Source: a virus (Duplodnaviria > Caudoviricetes). Taken from it: a stretch of DNA of 64,000 nt. The notes beneath the pieces are model-generated. The model had not been told where the DNA came from. It did no database searches and was given only the letters and a program-made list of their open reading frames with translations. Below, piece after piece: positions 54,459 to 64,000 of this stretch. Every line of letters starts with the position of its first letter. Position 1 is the first letter of the stretch. Made by a program: the position numbers and the translations under genes. The DNA lies in the IMG/VR virus record IMGVR_UViG_3300032234_000392, positions 99,264 to 163,263 of that record; one strand, given 5' to 3'.

Positions 54459-56004
54459 GAGGATTCTTATACGCCAACACTATTGTGTCAAGGTTAGGTC
54501 CTAAAGTTGAATCATCGCCAGTCCTGTTGCTAGATAACGATGCTGTAAATTCAAAATTGGTCATAAGAGCTCCTCCAGTGGAATTAATAAAATTAGGTGA
54601 ATACGTGTAGCTGTCTGTGATAGTAATTGGATTGTCTACAGCGCCTATGTCGTCGCTGACTGCCATATGCAACGAACCAAATCGTGTGTGGACCCCAAGT
54701 CTTAAGCAGTAGTTAATCACTGTAAATTTATTCAATGCAGAAAATACCGCCAGTGGTCTAAAACTGTCTGACAGATAAATCAATGAGTAATTTTTATCTA
54801 TAAAATCAACACCAACTGCATTGTACGCTTCAGTATATGAGGTCACATTGTTAGTTGCTGTCATATTGGCTAATTGTTGTCTATCGCTGCTGCATGATAC
54901 CAACACATTGCCAATCTTTTCTCCAAAATATACCATAACATCGTCTGGGCTAGAAGCAGTTGATGTATTATTACCTACATTTTTAAATTTAGATTGCTGA
55001 ATTATAGTGCCTTGCCCAAATGTTGACCGAAAGGCCTGATTGGCTACTTCTTCAAACTCGCATTGTGAAATTGTCCATTTGTTGCCTTGTGTTTCAACAC
55101 CTTGAATATAGATTGCGGTGTCGCTGACAAAAAATTTACACTGATCGAATTTTATCTCAGTATTATATACTGAGGATTGTAAACACTTAATAGAGACACT
55201 GTTGCCTTGGAATAGGCAATTTTTAAACTGAAGGTTTGTGACTCGTGTGCCTATTAGACCGTTTTCCCAAAATACAGCAGCAGGTTCCGATGCCAAAGAA
55301 TTAACGGTGTTGCCAAGAATATATTCTCCAAGCACAGTAACATTTTCAAAAGAGGAATTTGCTATACCGGATAGGGTAATTTGACCTGTAGTCCGTTGTA
55401 TGGTAAGATTAGAAATATTAATATTTTGAGGTCTATTAGTGCTGGCAAAGTCTGCTAGTTCTAAACCTGTACTGGTAATAAGTCTAATATTGTTATTGCC
55501 AATATTGAGCACAGCGCCTCTCTGTGTTTCGCCTTGAATTATAGCATTAGATGGAACAGTCAAGTCGCTGGTAAAAAGATATTCACCATTGGGTATCACT
55601 AGTACTTTTCTATAATTTAAATTAACATTGCGGAACAGTTGTGTGAAAGCTGTCTCAAAAGCTAATACGCAATCTGTAGATCCGTCGCCTATTGCGCCAA
55701 AGTCTGTAACTGACACATACTCGTCTAATTTTGATTGTAGACTTCTTGACACGCTAAGTGTTATAGAAGTGTCATTACTAGCGTATTGGTATCCGCGAGC
55801 TAGGTCTAGGATATTATCATGTTCTGTGATAATCTTAGTGTTGCCTACGTAAGGAGCACCTTCTAGCACACTGCCGTTGCCAATAAACAATTCTTGGCTA
55901 TCAACAGCCCAAGCAAATTCAGCCGAACTTAATTGTGGTACTCCACTGTTGGAGTTTTTCTGCCCTCTGCGGACTTGGATTTTTGAGATTTGGACAACGG
56001 CCAC
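54406..56004 (-). CDS. virion tail/baseplate protein with pectate-lyase-like beta-helix
   Basis: IQVRRG..ELFIGNG N-domain; VSVTDFGAIGDGSTD. Confidence 0.75.
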   Translation of the reverse strand: MAVVQISKIQVRRGQKNSNSGVPQLSSAEFAWAVDSQELFIGNGSVLEGAPYVGNTKIITEHDNILDLARGYQYASNDTSITLSVSRSLQSKLDEYVSVTDFGAIGDGSTDCVLAFETAFTQLFRNVNLNYRKVLVIPNGEYLFTSDLTVPSNAIIQGETQRGAVLNIGNNNIRLITSTGLELADFASTNRPQNINISNLTIQRTTGQITLSGIANSSFENVTVLGEYILGNTVNSLASEPAAVFWENGLIGTRVTNLQFKNCLFQGNSVSIKCLQSSVYNTEIKFDQCKFFVSDTAIYIQGVETQGNKWTISQCEFEEVANQAFRSTFGQGTIIQQSKFKNVGNNTSTASSPDDVMVYFGEKIGNVLVSCSSDRQQLANMTATNNVTSYTEAYNAVGVDFIDKNYSLIYLSDSFRPLAVFSALNKFTVINYCLRLGVHTRFGSLHMAVSDDIGAVDNPITITDSYTYSPNFINSTGGALMTNFEFTASLSSNRTGDDSTLGPNLDTIVLAYKNPLATGATGNISFDVAYGV

Positions 56005-56033
56005 TTTGATATCCTCTATGCGTTATAGAGTAT

Positions 56034-56738
56034 TTATCTGCCTAGGTTGTAATATTCTTCTACCTTGTTGAGCCAAGCATCCTGCCATTTATTAAAGTCT
56101 TTGGGTTCTAGCGTAAACTGTTGATATTGAAAGTCTCTTGAACACATAAAAATAACACCTTTTTTAATGTCTGTGCCGTAGACTTCATTATGTGCTAATA
56201 TATAGGCCATTAGCTGTAGATAATAATCTTCTACCCACTCTGCTTTCTTGGGTTTATTTGTTTGTTTATGATCGGCAACAACAGGTTCGCCCTCATGCAC
56301 ACCTACTAAGTCAGTAGTACCTGAATACAGCCCTGGGAAGTATAGGCTTTGTTCCATAGCCCATACTTCGTTCATTTTACTTAGACCGTTTTCAATAATA
56401 ACGTCAGCCATTTTATTAGCCTGTACATGAACTGGATTATTTCCTGGTTGCCGCTGTTCGCCAATTAGGAAACGTTCTAAGTTGGCGTGCATGGCTGTGC
56501 CCACTCCACTTGCCTCAGTCACGATCTGCTGTGCTTTAGCTTCACCTATGCGTTTTTTCCATTCGTTCAGGTGTGTCATGTCTTTGGTAGCAGATAGGAT
56601 AGTAGTTACCGATGGAAGACTTTCACCGTCTGGAGTTAGGTAAACTCGTTTGCGTGTCACAGGGTCATTGACCTGTTTGCAATTTTTGTATTGATAACGC
56701 TCAATAAAAGGCGGAGGTGCAATTATATTTTCAGTCAT
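56034..56738 (-). CDS. PD-(D/E)XK exonuclease
   Basis: PSVTTIL, GTAMH, E, GTTDL, DHK, QLMAY. Confidence 0.85.
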   Translation of the reverse strand: MTENIIAPPPFIERYQYKNCKQVNDPVTRKRVYLTPDGESLPSVTTILSATKDMTHLNEWKKRIGEAKAQQIVTEASGVGTAMHANLERFLIGEQRQPGNNPVHVQANKMADVIIENGLSKMNEVWAMEQSLYFPGLYSGTTDLVGVHEGEPVVADHKQTNKPKKAEWVEDYYLQLMAYILAHNEVYGTDIKKGVIFMCSRDFQYQQFTLEPKDFNKWQDAWLNKVEEYYNLGR

Positions 56739-56770
56739 AGTGTATATATTACACTAAAAAATTGGAAAGG

Positions 56771-57142
56771 TCAAGCCTGGGCTAGTTGTTGAGGAGCCGC
56801 AGACGCTGCTATTTTATCTACGGCCGCTTGGCTGTCTTGAGGAGTTTGGGTACCGTCACCTTTGGGTTCAGCATCGGGTGCTCCAGGAACATTGAGCTCA
56901 ACCCCGCGATCGTTAAAGTTTTTAACTAGATTTTGGATAGCTGGGCTCGAATCATAGATTGATTTAAATGTCTCGTAGTCAGCGGCAAATTCAAATCCGC
57001 TGTCTTGAGCAATTTTCTGTAGTGATGCCCAATTCATACTAGCTGGCGCATTTTTACTTGCAGCTCTGCCTACAAAGTTTCTAAGTATCATTACAAACTT
57101 GTCTAGGCCTGTATCTGAGTCAGCAAATTCAAAAAATCTCAT
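56771..57142 (-). CDS. hypothetical virion-region protein
   Basis: MRFFEF N-terminus. Confidence 0.6.
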   Translation of the reverse strand: MRFFEFADSDTGLDKFVMILRNFVGRAASKNAPASMNWASLQKIAQDSGFEFAADYETFKSIYDSSPAIQNLVKNFNDRGVELNVPGAPDAEPKGDGTQTPQDSQAAVDKIAASAAPQQLAQA

Positions 57143-57402
57143 CGTATCTGTGCCAGTTGTTTTTGTAAGTCTTGCAGTTCTTTTTGTTTTTGACTAATAG
57201 CATCTTGAATTTGTTTCTTTTGATTAGCTCTGTCTAGGGCCTGCTGTGCCTGCATTTTAGCCTGTGCCTGTGGATCAGCAGCTACCTGTTGTCCAGGAGC
57301 CATTGTAGTAGCACCTGCTGCAGGAGCAGCGCCAAGCATAGGAGCATCAAGCTCCTGTAGCCTGGCAAACTCTGTTTCTGAAACAATAGCAGAAAGTTTC
57401 AT
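57139..57402 (-). CDS. Gln/Ala-rich coiled-coil protein
   Basis: 87-aa ORF coupled to neighbours. Confidence 0.6.
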   Translation of the reverse strand: MKLSAIVSETEFARLQELDAPMLGAAPAAGATTMAPGQQVAADPQAQAKMQAQQALDRANQKKQIQDAISQKQKELQDLQKQLAQIR

Positions 57403-58670
57403 TAGCCTGCCAACACTCTTAGTAGACTATTTTGACGGTCAATGCTTTCACGTTGAGCACGTCCTGAATCACCTAGTCCGCCTGCTGCTGGTTCTGCTGC
57501 GGCAAATTCATCATCTGCTGGTTCTGCATTCATCATATCTGGCTCTGCTGGGGCTTCTAAGTCGGCACCCAGATCTGCTTCTGGTTCAGCACCAAGCATA
57601 CCTGCTGCTTGTTCTTCACCTGTAAGCTGACGAACACCAGTTGATAATGTTTCACGTGTAGCTTTAAGATTTTCTAGAGCAGCTTGAATTGCTGGAGCAC
57701 AAGCTGAGATAAAATTCTTGGCCTGCTCTGCACCCATCTCGTCACGGATAGAATCACCTAACTGTAATAGAGTATCATTCTCCATACCAGAAAGTTCTTC
57801 AATCCAACGACCTACTCTGTCAACCATTGTTTTAGCTGTGACAATCGCAGACGCTTGCTGGATTTCACCTTCTTGTAATTTAGTCATGTCTTCTCCTGTT
57901 TCGACTGATTCATTTTTTTCTTTGTTGTGTTGCTTCCATGCTGTTGCATAGGCAATACCTTTTTCTTTCTTAGTTAGCTTGCCATCATCAGCATAGCCTT
58001 TCTTGATGTGTTTGACCATGCGTTCAGCTTTGGCTCCTGGAGGTGCCTTTTCTTCAATGCTTTCTGGAAAGGTTCCGTAGTCTTCGTCTGACCCAAAGCC
58101 TGCTGATGCCATAGCATAGTCGTCGTCTGTTTCGCCGCCTTCGTCATCGCTCTGACCACCAAACTCTTGTTGCACAATATCCATTAACATCGGTTCAATT
58201 TGTTCAAAATCGTCTTTAGGGTGAAGACCTGTTTCGCCAGTGATTTCTTCGATCTTATCTTGCAGATACTGACCCACTGGTCCTGGATCACTTAACAGGT
58301 CATACAGTTTATCGTAATCTTCGTCGTCGGCAACTTGAGCTAGCTCAATTGCAATTTCACTCATAGCACCTTCATCTGTACTGACTTCTGCTGGACCAGC
58401 ATCTACAACAAACTCTTCACGCTCTGCAATTTCTGCATTGATAGCATCTAGCATCCATTGTGCCTGTGTTAGTGCTTCGTTTTCAATGTTTTCATTGAAT
58501 CCGCTCTGACTACGTGCATCATGAATCTGTGTGCGTAGTTTGTTTCGGGCATCTTCTAACTTAGGCAGATCAAACGACTCTAAGTTTAAACGTTTGCCGA
58601 ATGTTTTTTCAATAGATTCGTTAATACGTTTAGCGGATCTTGTATTTTTAAAAAGGTCTGTTGTTTTCAT
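57402..58670 (-). CDS. acidic head-associated/scaffold-like protein
   Basis: very acidic; repeated NES/EE words; GIAYATAWK motif. Confidence 0.55.
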   Translation of the reverse strand: MKTTDLFKNTRSAKRINESIEKTFGKRLNLESFDLPKLEDARNKLRTQIHDARSQSGFNENIENEALTQAQWMLDAINAEIAEREEFVVDAGPAEVSTDEGAMSEIAIELAQVADDEDYDKLYDLLSDPGPVGQYLQDKIEEITGETGLHPKDDFEQIEPMLMDIVQQEFGGQSDDEGGETDDDYAMASAGFGSDEDYGTFPESIEEKAPPGAKAERMVKHIKKGYADDGKLTKKEKGIAYATAWKQHNKEKNESVETGEDMTKLQEGEIQQASAIVTAKTMVDRVGRWIEELSGMENDTLLQLGDSIRDEMGAEQAKNFISACAPAIQAALENLKATRETLSTGVRQLTGEEQAAGMLGAEPEADLGADLEAPAEPDMMNAEPADDEFAAAEPAAGGLGDSGRAQRESIDRQNSLLRVLAG

Positions 58671-58704
58671 ATTTTCAATGTGTCCAGATTGATACTATAT
58701 TTAT

Positions 58705-59133
58705 TCAGATGTTAGCCAAACTCTCTGTGCGTTTTTTTGCTGCAACTGCTCGATCTCTACTTTCGCTGTACTTGGCCCATAACATATCTGCTCGTTCATT
58801 ATCATGATTATTAACAGCTTTTTGATACTGTGATCGCAACAACTGACTGTCAACGAACCAACGTCCATACTCCTGATCAGCTGTATATATCTGATCTGCA
58901 AGTATGATAGAGCTTCGCCTGGCCAGCAGATTCGCTATGCGTATGGCTGCACAATTTAGGCTAATCTCTCTATACTTGAATTCGCCGTTTTGTTTTAGGT
59001 GTTTTACAGTGCCTTCATTTACGATCAACACGTCGCCCACTAGAATACCCTCCGCTACTTTAACAGGCAGAATAGGGGTTTTCTGGATTGCTGAGCGTAA
59101 TGTCTGCTCAAGGCGTCGTGATATATTAGTCAT
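58705..59133 (-). CDS. hypothetical protein
   Basis: 142-aa ORF in gene string. Confidence 0.6.
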   Translation of the reverse strand: MTNISRRLEQTLRSAIQKTPILPVKVAEGILVGDVLIVNEGTVKHLKQNGEFKYREISLNCAAIRIANLLARRSSIILADQIYTADQEYGRWFVDSQLLRSQYQKAVNNHDNERADMLWAKYSESRDRAVAAKKRTESLANI

Positions 59134-59173
59134 AAAAAAAGGACCTATGGCCCTTATTTAAGTGTGTATATTT

Positions 59174-59491
59174 CTAATGAAATATTTTTACAATGGCGGA
59201 AAAGTGTCCGGATACGAATCCTAGTACTGCTAGTCCACCTAGGATCATATACATCCATTTTTGTTTGAATTGTTGTAGCTCAGATATCTTTGCATCTAAT
59301 TCTGTGTGAGTACTTTTGATTGAACTGGCTAATTCGGCATGCTGAGTGCAAGATGCATCATACATTTGATCTAGACGCTGAGTTATACCAGCTCCAAGCT
59401 GATTAACATCAAGTTTAATATCATCTATTTTTTCGTCTAGGTTAGCTACCTGTACTTCTACAACGCTAACACGTTCCGCTACTGTCGGCAT
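59174..59491 (-). CDS. coiled-coil protein with C-terminal TM
   Basis: heptad repeats, WMYMILGGLAVLGFV. Confidence 0.6.
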   Translation of the reverse strand: MPTVAERVSVVEVQVANLDEKIDDIKLDVNQLGAGITQRLDQMYDASCTQHAELASSIKSTHTELDAKISELQQFKQKWMYMILGGLAVLGFVSGHFSAIVKIFH

Positions 59492-59587
59492 CTAGCCATC
59501 TCCTTGGTTAAGTCAAGTTCCCGCAAGGGACATGTGCCTAATAATGAAATGCCTTGTTTGTTTGCCTGTTAAGTTTATTTATCCAAC

Positions 59588-59983
59588 TTAGAGCGATTCA
59601 CTTACCCAGATGTTGGTATTCGGACCTTGTGTTTGAAACACCGCCGGATCAAGGTCTATACTATTATTTAGTTGTCCAATGACTGGAACACCGTGTAGGT
59701 CGTCTAACAGTAGTCCTACCGAATTTCCATCTTTAGTGAATACCTGATCACGCTCTACTTCAAATGTCCATGTCCAATAATTGGCCTTGCCTTTTAAAGG
59801 ATAGGGCAAACTGCCTGAAGACTCCACAGGATCAACTGCCCACTCAACGTTAGATCTAAGTCCGATCGATTGCAACAATGTATTAAAATTGGCCTGTTGG
59901 GCCAATAGGTATTGATCAGTTTCGGCTCTTGAGGGATTGGTCCGAGTAATGTCAACTAAAGTTACAATTTGGTAGCGTGGCAT
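59588..59983 (-). CDS. hypothetical protein
   Basis: TLVDITRT..QQANFNT motif; TAAATA upstream. Confidence 0.65.
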   Translation of the reverse strand: MPRYQIVTLVDITRTNPSRAETDQYLLAQQANFNTLLQSIGLRSNVEWAVDPVESSGSLPYPLKGKANYWTWTFEVERDQVFTKDGNSVGLLLDDLHGVPVIGQLNNSIDLDPAVFQTQGPNTNIWVSESL

Positions 59984-60025
59984 AATGTGCTACTATTTAT
60001 GGTCAATTCATACTCAAAAATAAAT

Positions 60026-60676
60026 TTAAGTCATAGTAAACAATAATAGATGTCCGCATTGGCTTTCTATGTTGCAAGGTCCTGTAATTTCTAGGCTATC
60101 ACCTTCACTTAGGGTATATCCTGCACACTGACTAGATCCTTCTAGCTGCAGAAGATAACTCAGTCCTGCAACTGTGTATTCGCCTGTTAATATTCCTGCA
60201 CGAATATCCAATCGTGTGTTTTTTAACTCCAAAGGCAATAACTCAAACTCAGAGTTTCGATCTACTAAAGTATATTTGGGTTCCCATCCTACCATCAATT
60301 GATTGCTGGCTATCCATATCTGTAGGTATCGGTTATCCTCTGGGCCAGGGTTGGATTCTGTGTGCCATATGCTCGTGCCGCAGCTCATGTGTTGTACCTG
60401 CCCTGCTTGTGCTACAACATCATTGCCTAGGTTGTCATGATGTTTGACTTTACCTTTAACCACATAGCTGAGTATGTCTAGATTCTTATGTTCATGATAG
60501 GCAGTCTCAAACCCAGATTTAGTAGTATCATCGTTAATTGTGACAATGGGACCCCAGTTCAAGTATATGCCTGATTGATAACCTTCAAAGTCAAAACTAC
60601 GACGGCTAGTATAGTTGTCTTCACCTAATCGACTACAGCCTATGTAGCCTCGTTCTGCATTAGTTCTATATTTCAT
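60026..60676 (-). CDS. pirin-family (YhhW-like) protein
   Basis: INDD, HEHKNLDILSYV, HHDNLGN, MSCGTSIWHTE, LQIWI. Confidence 0.85.
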   Translation of the reverse strand: MKYRTNAERGYIGCSRLGEDNYTSRRSFDFEGYQSGIYLNWGPIVTINDDTTKSGFETAYHEHKNLDILSYVVKGKVKHHDNLGNDVVAQAGQVQHMSCGTSIWHTESNPGPEDNRYLQIWIASNQLMVGWEPKYTLVDRNSEFELLPLELKNTRLDIRAGILTGEYTVAGLSYLLQLEGSSQCAGYTLSEGDSLEITGPCNIESQCGHLLLFTMT

Positions 60677-60742
60677 ACAGTTATTTACAGAGGTAAAAAA
60701 AGCCCAGGGTTTAATCTGGGCTCGCATTACCAAGTAAAACTA

Positions 60743-61159
60743 TTAGCAGTCGTGACTGACGCTAGAACCTTGAATTTTACCGTACCATACACGACAAGTA
60801 ATGCCCAATCGTGAGTTGATTTCATCGGTAAGTAAATCAACGTCGCTGGTGTCATCTGGTTCCTGCTCGTCACCGTCATCCTTGGGTGTTTTTTCCCAGT
60901 TAACCAAAATAGTTACTGTGTTGCCGCTGACCTGTCCTACACCGTAGATCTCAACTCCACGACCTTGTAGATAATTGAGGACCTTAAATAAGTCACTGTT
61001 TGCATTTGCGTGTCCGCTCCAGTTAGTACCGTGTACTAGAACTAATGGATACACACGTGGTGTACCATAGTTAAATGTATCGTGTCTTACTTTTCGGTTG
61101 TTAGCACCTAATGTTGTTGCTACTTCACCACTAATTGTTTGACTATATGCGTCTGCCAT
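60743..61159 (-). CDS. putative virion structural protein
   Basis: MAD start and N-terminal similarity to ORF 61237; terminator downstream. Confidence 0.5.
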   Translation of the reverse strand: MADAYSQTISGEVATTLGANNRKVRHDTFNYGTPRVYPLVLVHGTNWSGHANANSDLFKVLNYLQGRGVEIYGVGQVSGNTVTILVNWEKTPKDDGDEQEPDDTSDVDLLTDEINSRLGITCRVWYGKIQGSSVSHDC

Positions 61160-61236
61160 AGTAATCTCCTTAAATGTTTATATTAAAAAAGGACGGCAGC
61201 TTTAACTGACCGCCCTTAGTTCCCATCCCTAGGAAA

Positions 61237-61635
61237 TTATAGTGCTGGTGTAAAGATTGCTTCAACAGTAACAGTTGCGCCTGTACCTGCTGCTGCGTCT
61301 GTTGTGTTGAATGTACCAGTACCTTGAACACGCATGAATAGTACGTCTGTTACGCCGCTTTGGAAAGCTGCGCCGTTAGCTGTACCGATAGCTGCTACAG
61401 TGAATGCATCACCTGTGTCTGCTGGTAGAGCACCTGCTGCTCCGCCTGCTAGTGTGATTGCGTTACGGATTGCTGTAACGTTTGCGTCTGTCATGTTTGT
61501 CAAAGCAACTTTAACGATAAGCTCACGTCCAACGTCAGCTTGGTTAATTACGTGCTTGCCAAAGTTAGCACCGAATGTTGCTACTGTTGAGCCTGAGTTA
61601 GATACTGTTTCTACTCTTGATAATACGTCTGCCAT
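61237..61635 (-). CDS. putative highly expressed virion structural protein
   Basis: TATAAATA upstream, AGGAG RBS, Ala/Thr-rich, terminator downstream. Confidence 0.55.
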   Translation of the reverse strand: MADVLSRVETVSNSGSTVATFGANFGKHVINQADVGRELIVKVALTNMTDANVTAIRNAITLAGGAAGALPADTGDAFTVAAIGTANGAAFQSGVTDVLFMRVQGTGTFNTTDAAAGTGATVTVEAIFTPAL

Positions 61636-61746
61636 GATATGTTCTCCTAATCAATAAGTCCCGCTCAGGGACCGGCTATTTTAAGAATCACCTTGATTCT
61701 TATGTAAGTATTTATATCTTTTGGAAAAAACCGTGGTTTTAAGCTG

Positions 61747-62856
61747 TTAATCGGCTTTAAATGGAGTCCAACGATCTCTAGGAACTAGTTTTACGCTGTC
61801 TTTGCCTTTGACATATCCTTCGCCGCCCGCTTTACCACCTGTGTTAGCAGTAATATCGCCTTCAGCACTGTCTAGCTCACGTATAACTTCGTCTTTGGCT
61901 TTCATTAGCTCACGTACTAGTAGGAACATGTTATCCATGGCTCCTGCGTTGGCTTTGGATAATTCAGAGATCTTCTGTTGTTTAGGTACACTTACTTTGC
62001 TAGTCTGTAGCCAATTAAAGAAAGACTCAGTGTCTAGTTTATCTAATGCCTTGGCACGACTCTGTTGATTAACAAAAGTATAGATAACCGTTTGTAGATC
62101 GCTGAGACCAGCTTGTGGTGCTAGTAATCTGTCTATGGCTGCTGAACTAGTGTTGGCAGTTTTTTCGATCACTGCTAGATTGTCTGCGTTAACTGCTGGA
62201 CGATGACTAACATAGGTTTGCCCAAATACCAGTAGCTCTGGATTAGCATCAAATATTTCTGGGTTAGTAAATGGTTCGCCGCTTTTATCTCCAAAATAAC
62301 TATACTGTTGATGTGCCGCCACAGCCACTTTAGCTTTGGCAACTTTACGTCCAACTTCGGAATTGCCTTTGACAGCATAGGTAGTTTGATTAGGAGTAAA
62401 TGTTATACGTCCATCTGCACCCTGATAAGGTTTGCCTGGATGAAAAAGGATATCTCCATAGACATAACCCTTAAAGTCTTTAGGAGTAGCACGCTCGAAT
62501 ACCGACCACATTGAAGCCATGTCGCTAGCAAACTTTTCACGCCAATCTTCGCCCTTGCCGCGACTCATGATAAACTGTTTGAGTTCTTCTGGGCTAGATG
62601 ATTTACCTTCTTCACGTCCCCAGTTATTCTTACCAACCATACGGAAGGTACCGTCTTCGTCACGTCCCCAATACACAGTAGGATTGCCGTCCCATTTGAT
62701 AGCAACGTCTGATGCATCTTGTGCTAAACTCTTTAGGATTTGCACAGCACGGATTGCACCCTTGGGCTCTGTGAATACCAGATCCTCTAGGTGATTGAAT
62801 TCTCTACCTACCTTTTTAGGAGCAGCATCTTCTAATAATAGTTCCCAAGCTCTCAC
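61747..62856 (-). CDS. ATP-dependent ligase-fold (RNA-ligase-like) protein
   Basis: motif I KWDG, YGDILF, EGYV, VKLV. Confidence 0.6.
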   Translation of the reverse strand: MRAWELLLEDAAPKKVGREFNHLEDLVFTEPKGAIRAVQILKSLAQDASDVAIKWDGNPTVYWGRDEDGTFRMVGKNNWGREEGKSSSPEELKQFIMSRGKGEDWREKFASDMASMWSVFERATPKDFKGYVYGDILFHPGKPYQGADGRITFTPNQTTYAVKGNSEVGRKVAKAKVAVAAHQQYSYFGDKSGEPFTNPEIFDANPELLVFGQTYVSHRPAVNADNLAVIEKTANTSSAAIDRLLAPQAGLSDLQTVIYTFVNQQSRAKALDKLDTESFFNWLQTSKVSVPKQQKISELSKANAGAMDNMFLLVRELMKAKDEVIRELDSAEGDITANTGGKAGGEGYVKGKDSVKLVPRDRWTPFKAD

Positions 62857-63662
62857 TTTACAATCTCAATCATCTGGCGCATCCAGCCAATGGTGCCGGG
62901 CTGATAACTTTCAACTTGATTGGCTTTGGGCAGTTCAATTCCCTGACGGCCTAGTGTTTCTCTAGCACCTGCAACCAGTTCTTCGTAGTTGGGTAATTTT
63001 TTAATGTAGTTTAGAATAGCATCAACACTCTTGATGTTTTTAACTGTAGCAGTTTGTCCTAATAACTCTTTGGCAATCTGATTCCAGTCATTGCCGTTAG
63101 GCAGTAGTTCATCTGTTGTGGCATTTAGTAGTCCGTGTTTAGGACTGTATTTCATACCACGGGCACGAGCAATTGAGCTCAACACTATATGGCGATGCTC
63201 ACCACGGTAAGCACCCTGACCGCCAATCATTGAGCCCTGTTGAAACAAAGGATTAGCAGAGAACATAAAGTCAGCTTGCACAAAGCCGTTATCTGGACTG
63301 CCTTTAATAGGTACCTTCCAGTGTACGTTGTCACCACTTAGTTTGATATTGTCTTTGCCAAACTGTGCAATCAGTTTGTCTGCAAATTCTTTTTTGTTTA
63401 CTTCGTTAGCATCTACGCTTAGATCTAAGTCGCCTGAGCTATTCTTTTCAAATGTACCGTCTGGGTCTTCTTTACGTCCAGTAGTACCTAACCATTTAAC
63501 GGGCTTTTTATCGTCTAGATCTTTTTCTTTGGTAAAGTCTAGACCTGTGATCTTTTCAATGTAAAGGATAGTTTCTTCTACATCTGCTGTAGCGATACGC
63601 TGTGTCAGTGGTTGTTTATCGGGGCCCTTAAAAACATTGCCGCCTTCAAATAAATTACTCAT
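62853..63662 (-). CDS. Pol-beta superfamily nucleotidyltransferase-like protein
   Basis: LGTTG...SGDLDL and VQADFM third Asp. Confidence 0.6.
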   Translation of the reverse strand: MSNLFEGGNVFKGPDKQPLTQRIATADVEETILYIEKITGLDFTKEKDLDDKKPVKWLGTTGRKEDPDGTFEKNSSGDLDLSVDANEVNKKEFADKLIAQFGKDNIKLSGDNVHWKVPIKGSPDNGFVQADFMFSANPLFQQGSMIGGQGAYRGEHRHIVLSSIARARGMKYSPKHGLLNATTDELLPNGNDWNQIAKELLGQTATVKNIKSVDAILNYIKKLPNYEELVAGARETLGRQGIELPKANQVESYQPGTIGWMRQMIEIVK

Positions 63663-63945
63663 CTTTATCTTTGCTTTCCAATAGCTTTTGTTGTTTTCTA
63701 GATTCTGCTATTCTGCGCACGCCGCGAGTAAATTTGGCTGAATCTTGGCCGCGGATAGCATTGATAAATCTACGCTCTAGCTCGTCGGCCTGTTCTGGAG
63801 TATAGTGTTTGTGAAGACTTTCCAGTAGATTGATAGCGGAATTTATGATGTTTGTGGCACGGCTTTCATAGAGCGCATCCATATTGCGCACTTCAGCCAG
63901 CTCATTTAATTCCTGTAGTATTGATCTTGTTCTAAGTTTCATCAT
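63655..63945 (-). CDS. hypothetical protein
   Basis: 96-aa ORF, TAAATA upstream. Confidence 0.6.
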   Translation of the reverse strand: MMKLRTRSILQELNELAEVRNMDALYESRATNIINSAINLLESLHKHYTPEQADELERRFINAIRGQDSAKFTRGVRRIAESRKQQKLLESKDKDE

Positions 63946-64000
63946 TATTCCAGTTGATACTATATTTAACTCAAATTAAAACTATTGTACAGTAAATTTG

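Noticed and set aside
56034-56738. Cas4 / CRISPR association
   Set aside because: Lacks the four-Cys Fe-S pattern; no array or other cas genes seen

Overview
A 64-kb AT-rich segment of a large tailed (T4-like/jumbo) bacteriophage genome, mostly coded on the minus strand, standard genetic code. Phage indicators: dense small ORFs, tail/head-type proteins, nrdAB, TAAATA late-promoter-like motifs and many TTGACA-N17-TATAAT promoters. Host-like genes (rpoZ, dnaK, cold-shock protein, ahpC/ahpD and a pqqA peptide) suggest a betaproteobacterial, possibly methylotrophic (Methylophilaceae-like) host; this is inference. Contents in order: (1) a ~10-kb modification cluster (2OG-Fe(II)/AspH-like oxygenases, DegT aminotransferase, radical SAM, amidinotransferase); (2) 19 tRNA genes with rpoZ and three candidate structured ncRNAs, headed by an unannotated leader peptide plus terminator/antiterminator (attenuator-like); (3) clpP-like gene, an array of small paralogs, groES; (4) a curli-type module (CsgF, CsgG, curlin-like, FecR, PA14-curlin, autotransporter, CHASE2 cyclase) with a shared GGAGCGA leader motif; (5) heme oxygenase + PcyX-like reductase, clpS, hsp20, dnaK, rpsU, lipoproteins, cell-wall hydrolase; (6) pqqA, ahpD/ahpC, a permuted two-piece tmRNA with a nested membrane-peptide ORF, csp, nrdAB; (7) virion-type genes including a ligase-fold/Pol-beta nucleotidyltransferase pair. 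All calls are by eye from motifs; no database searches or folding programs were run.
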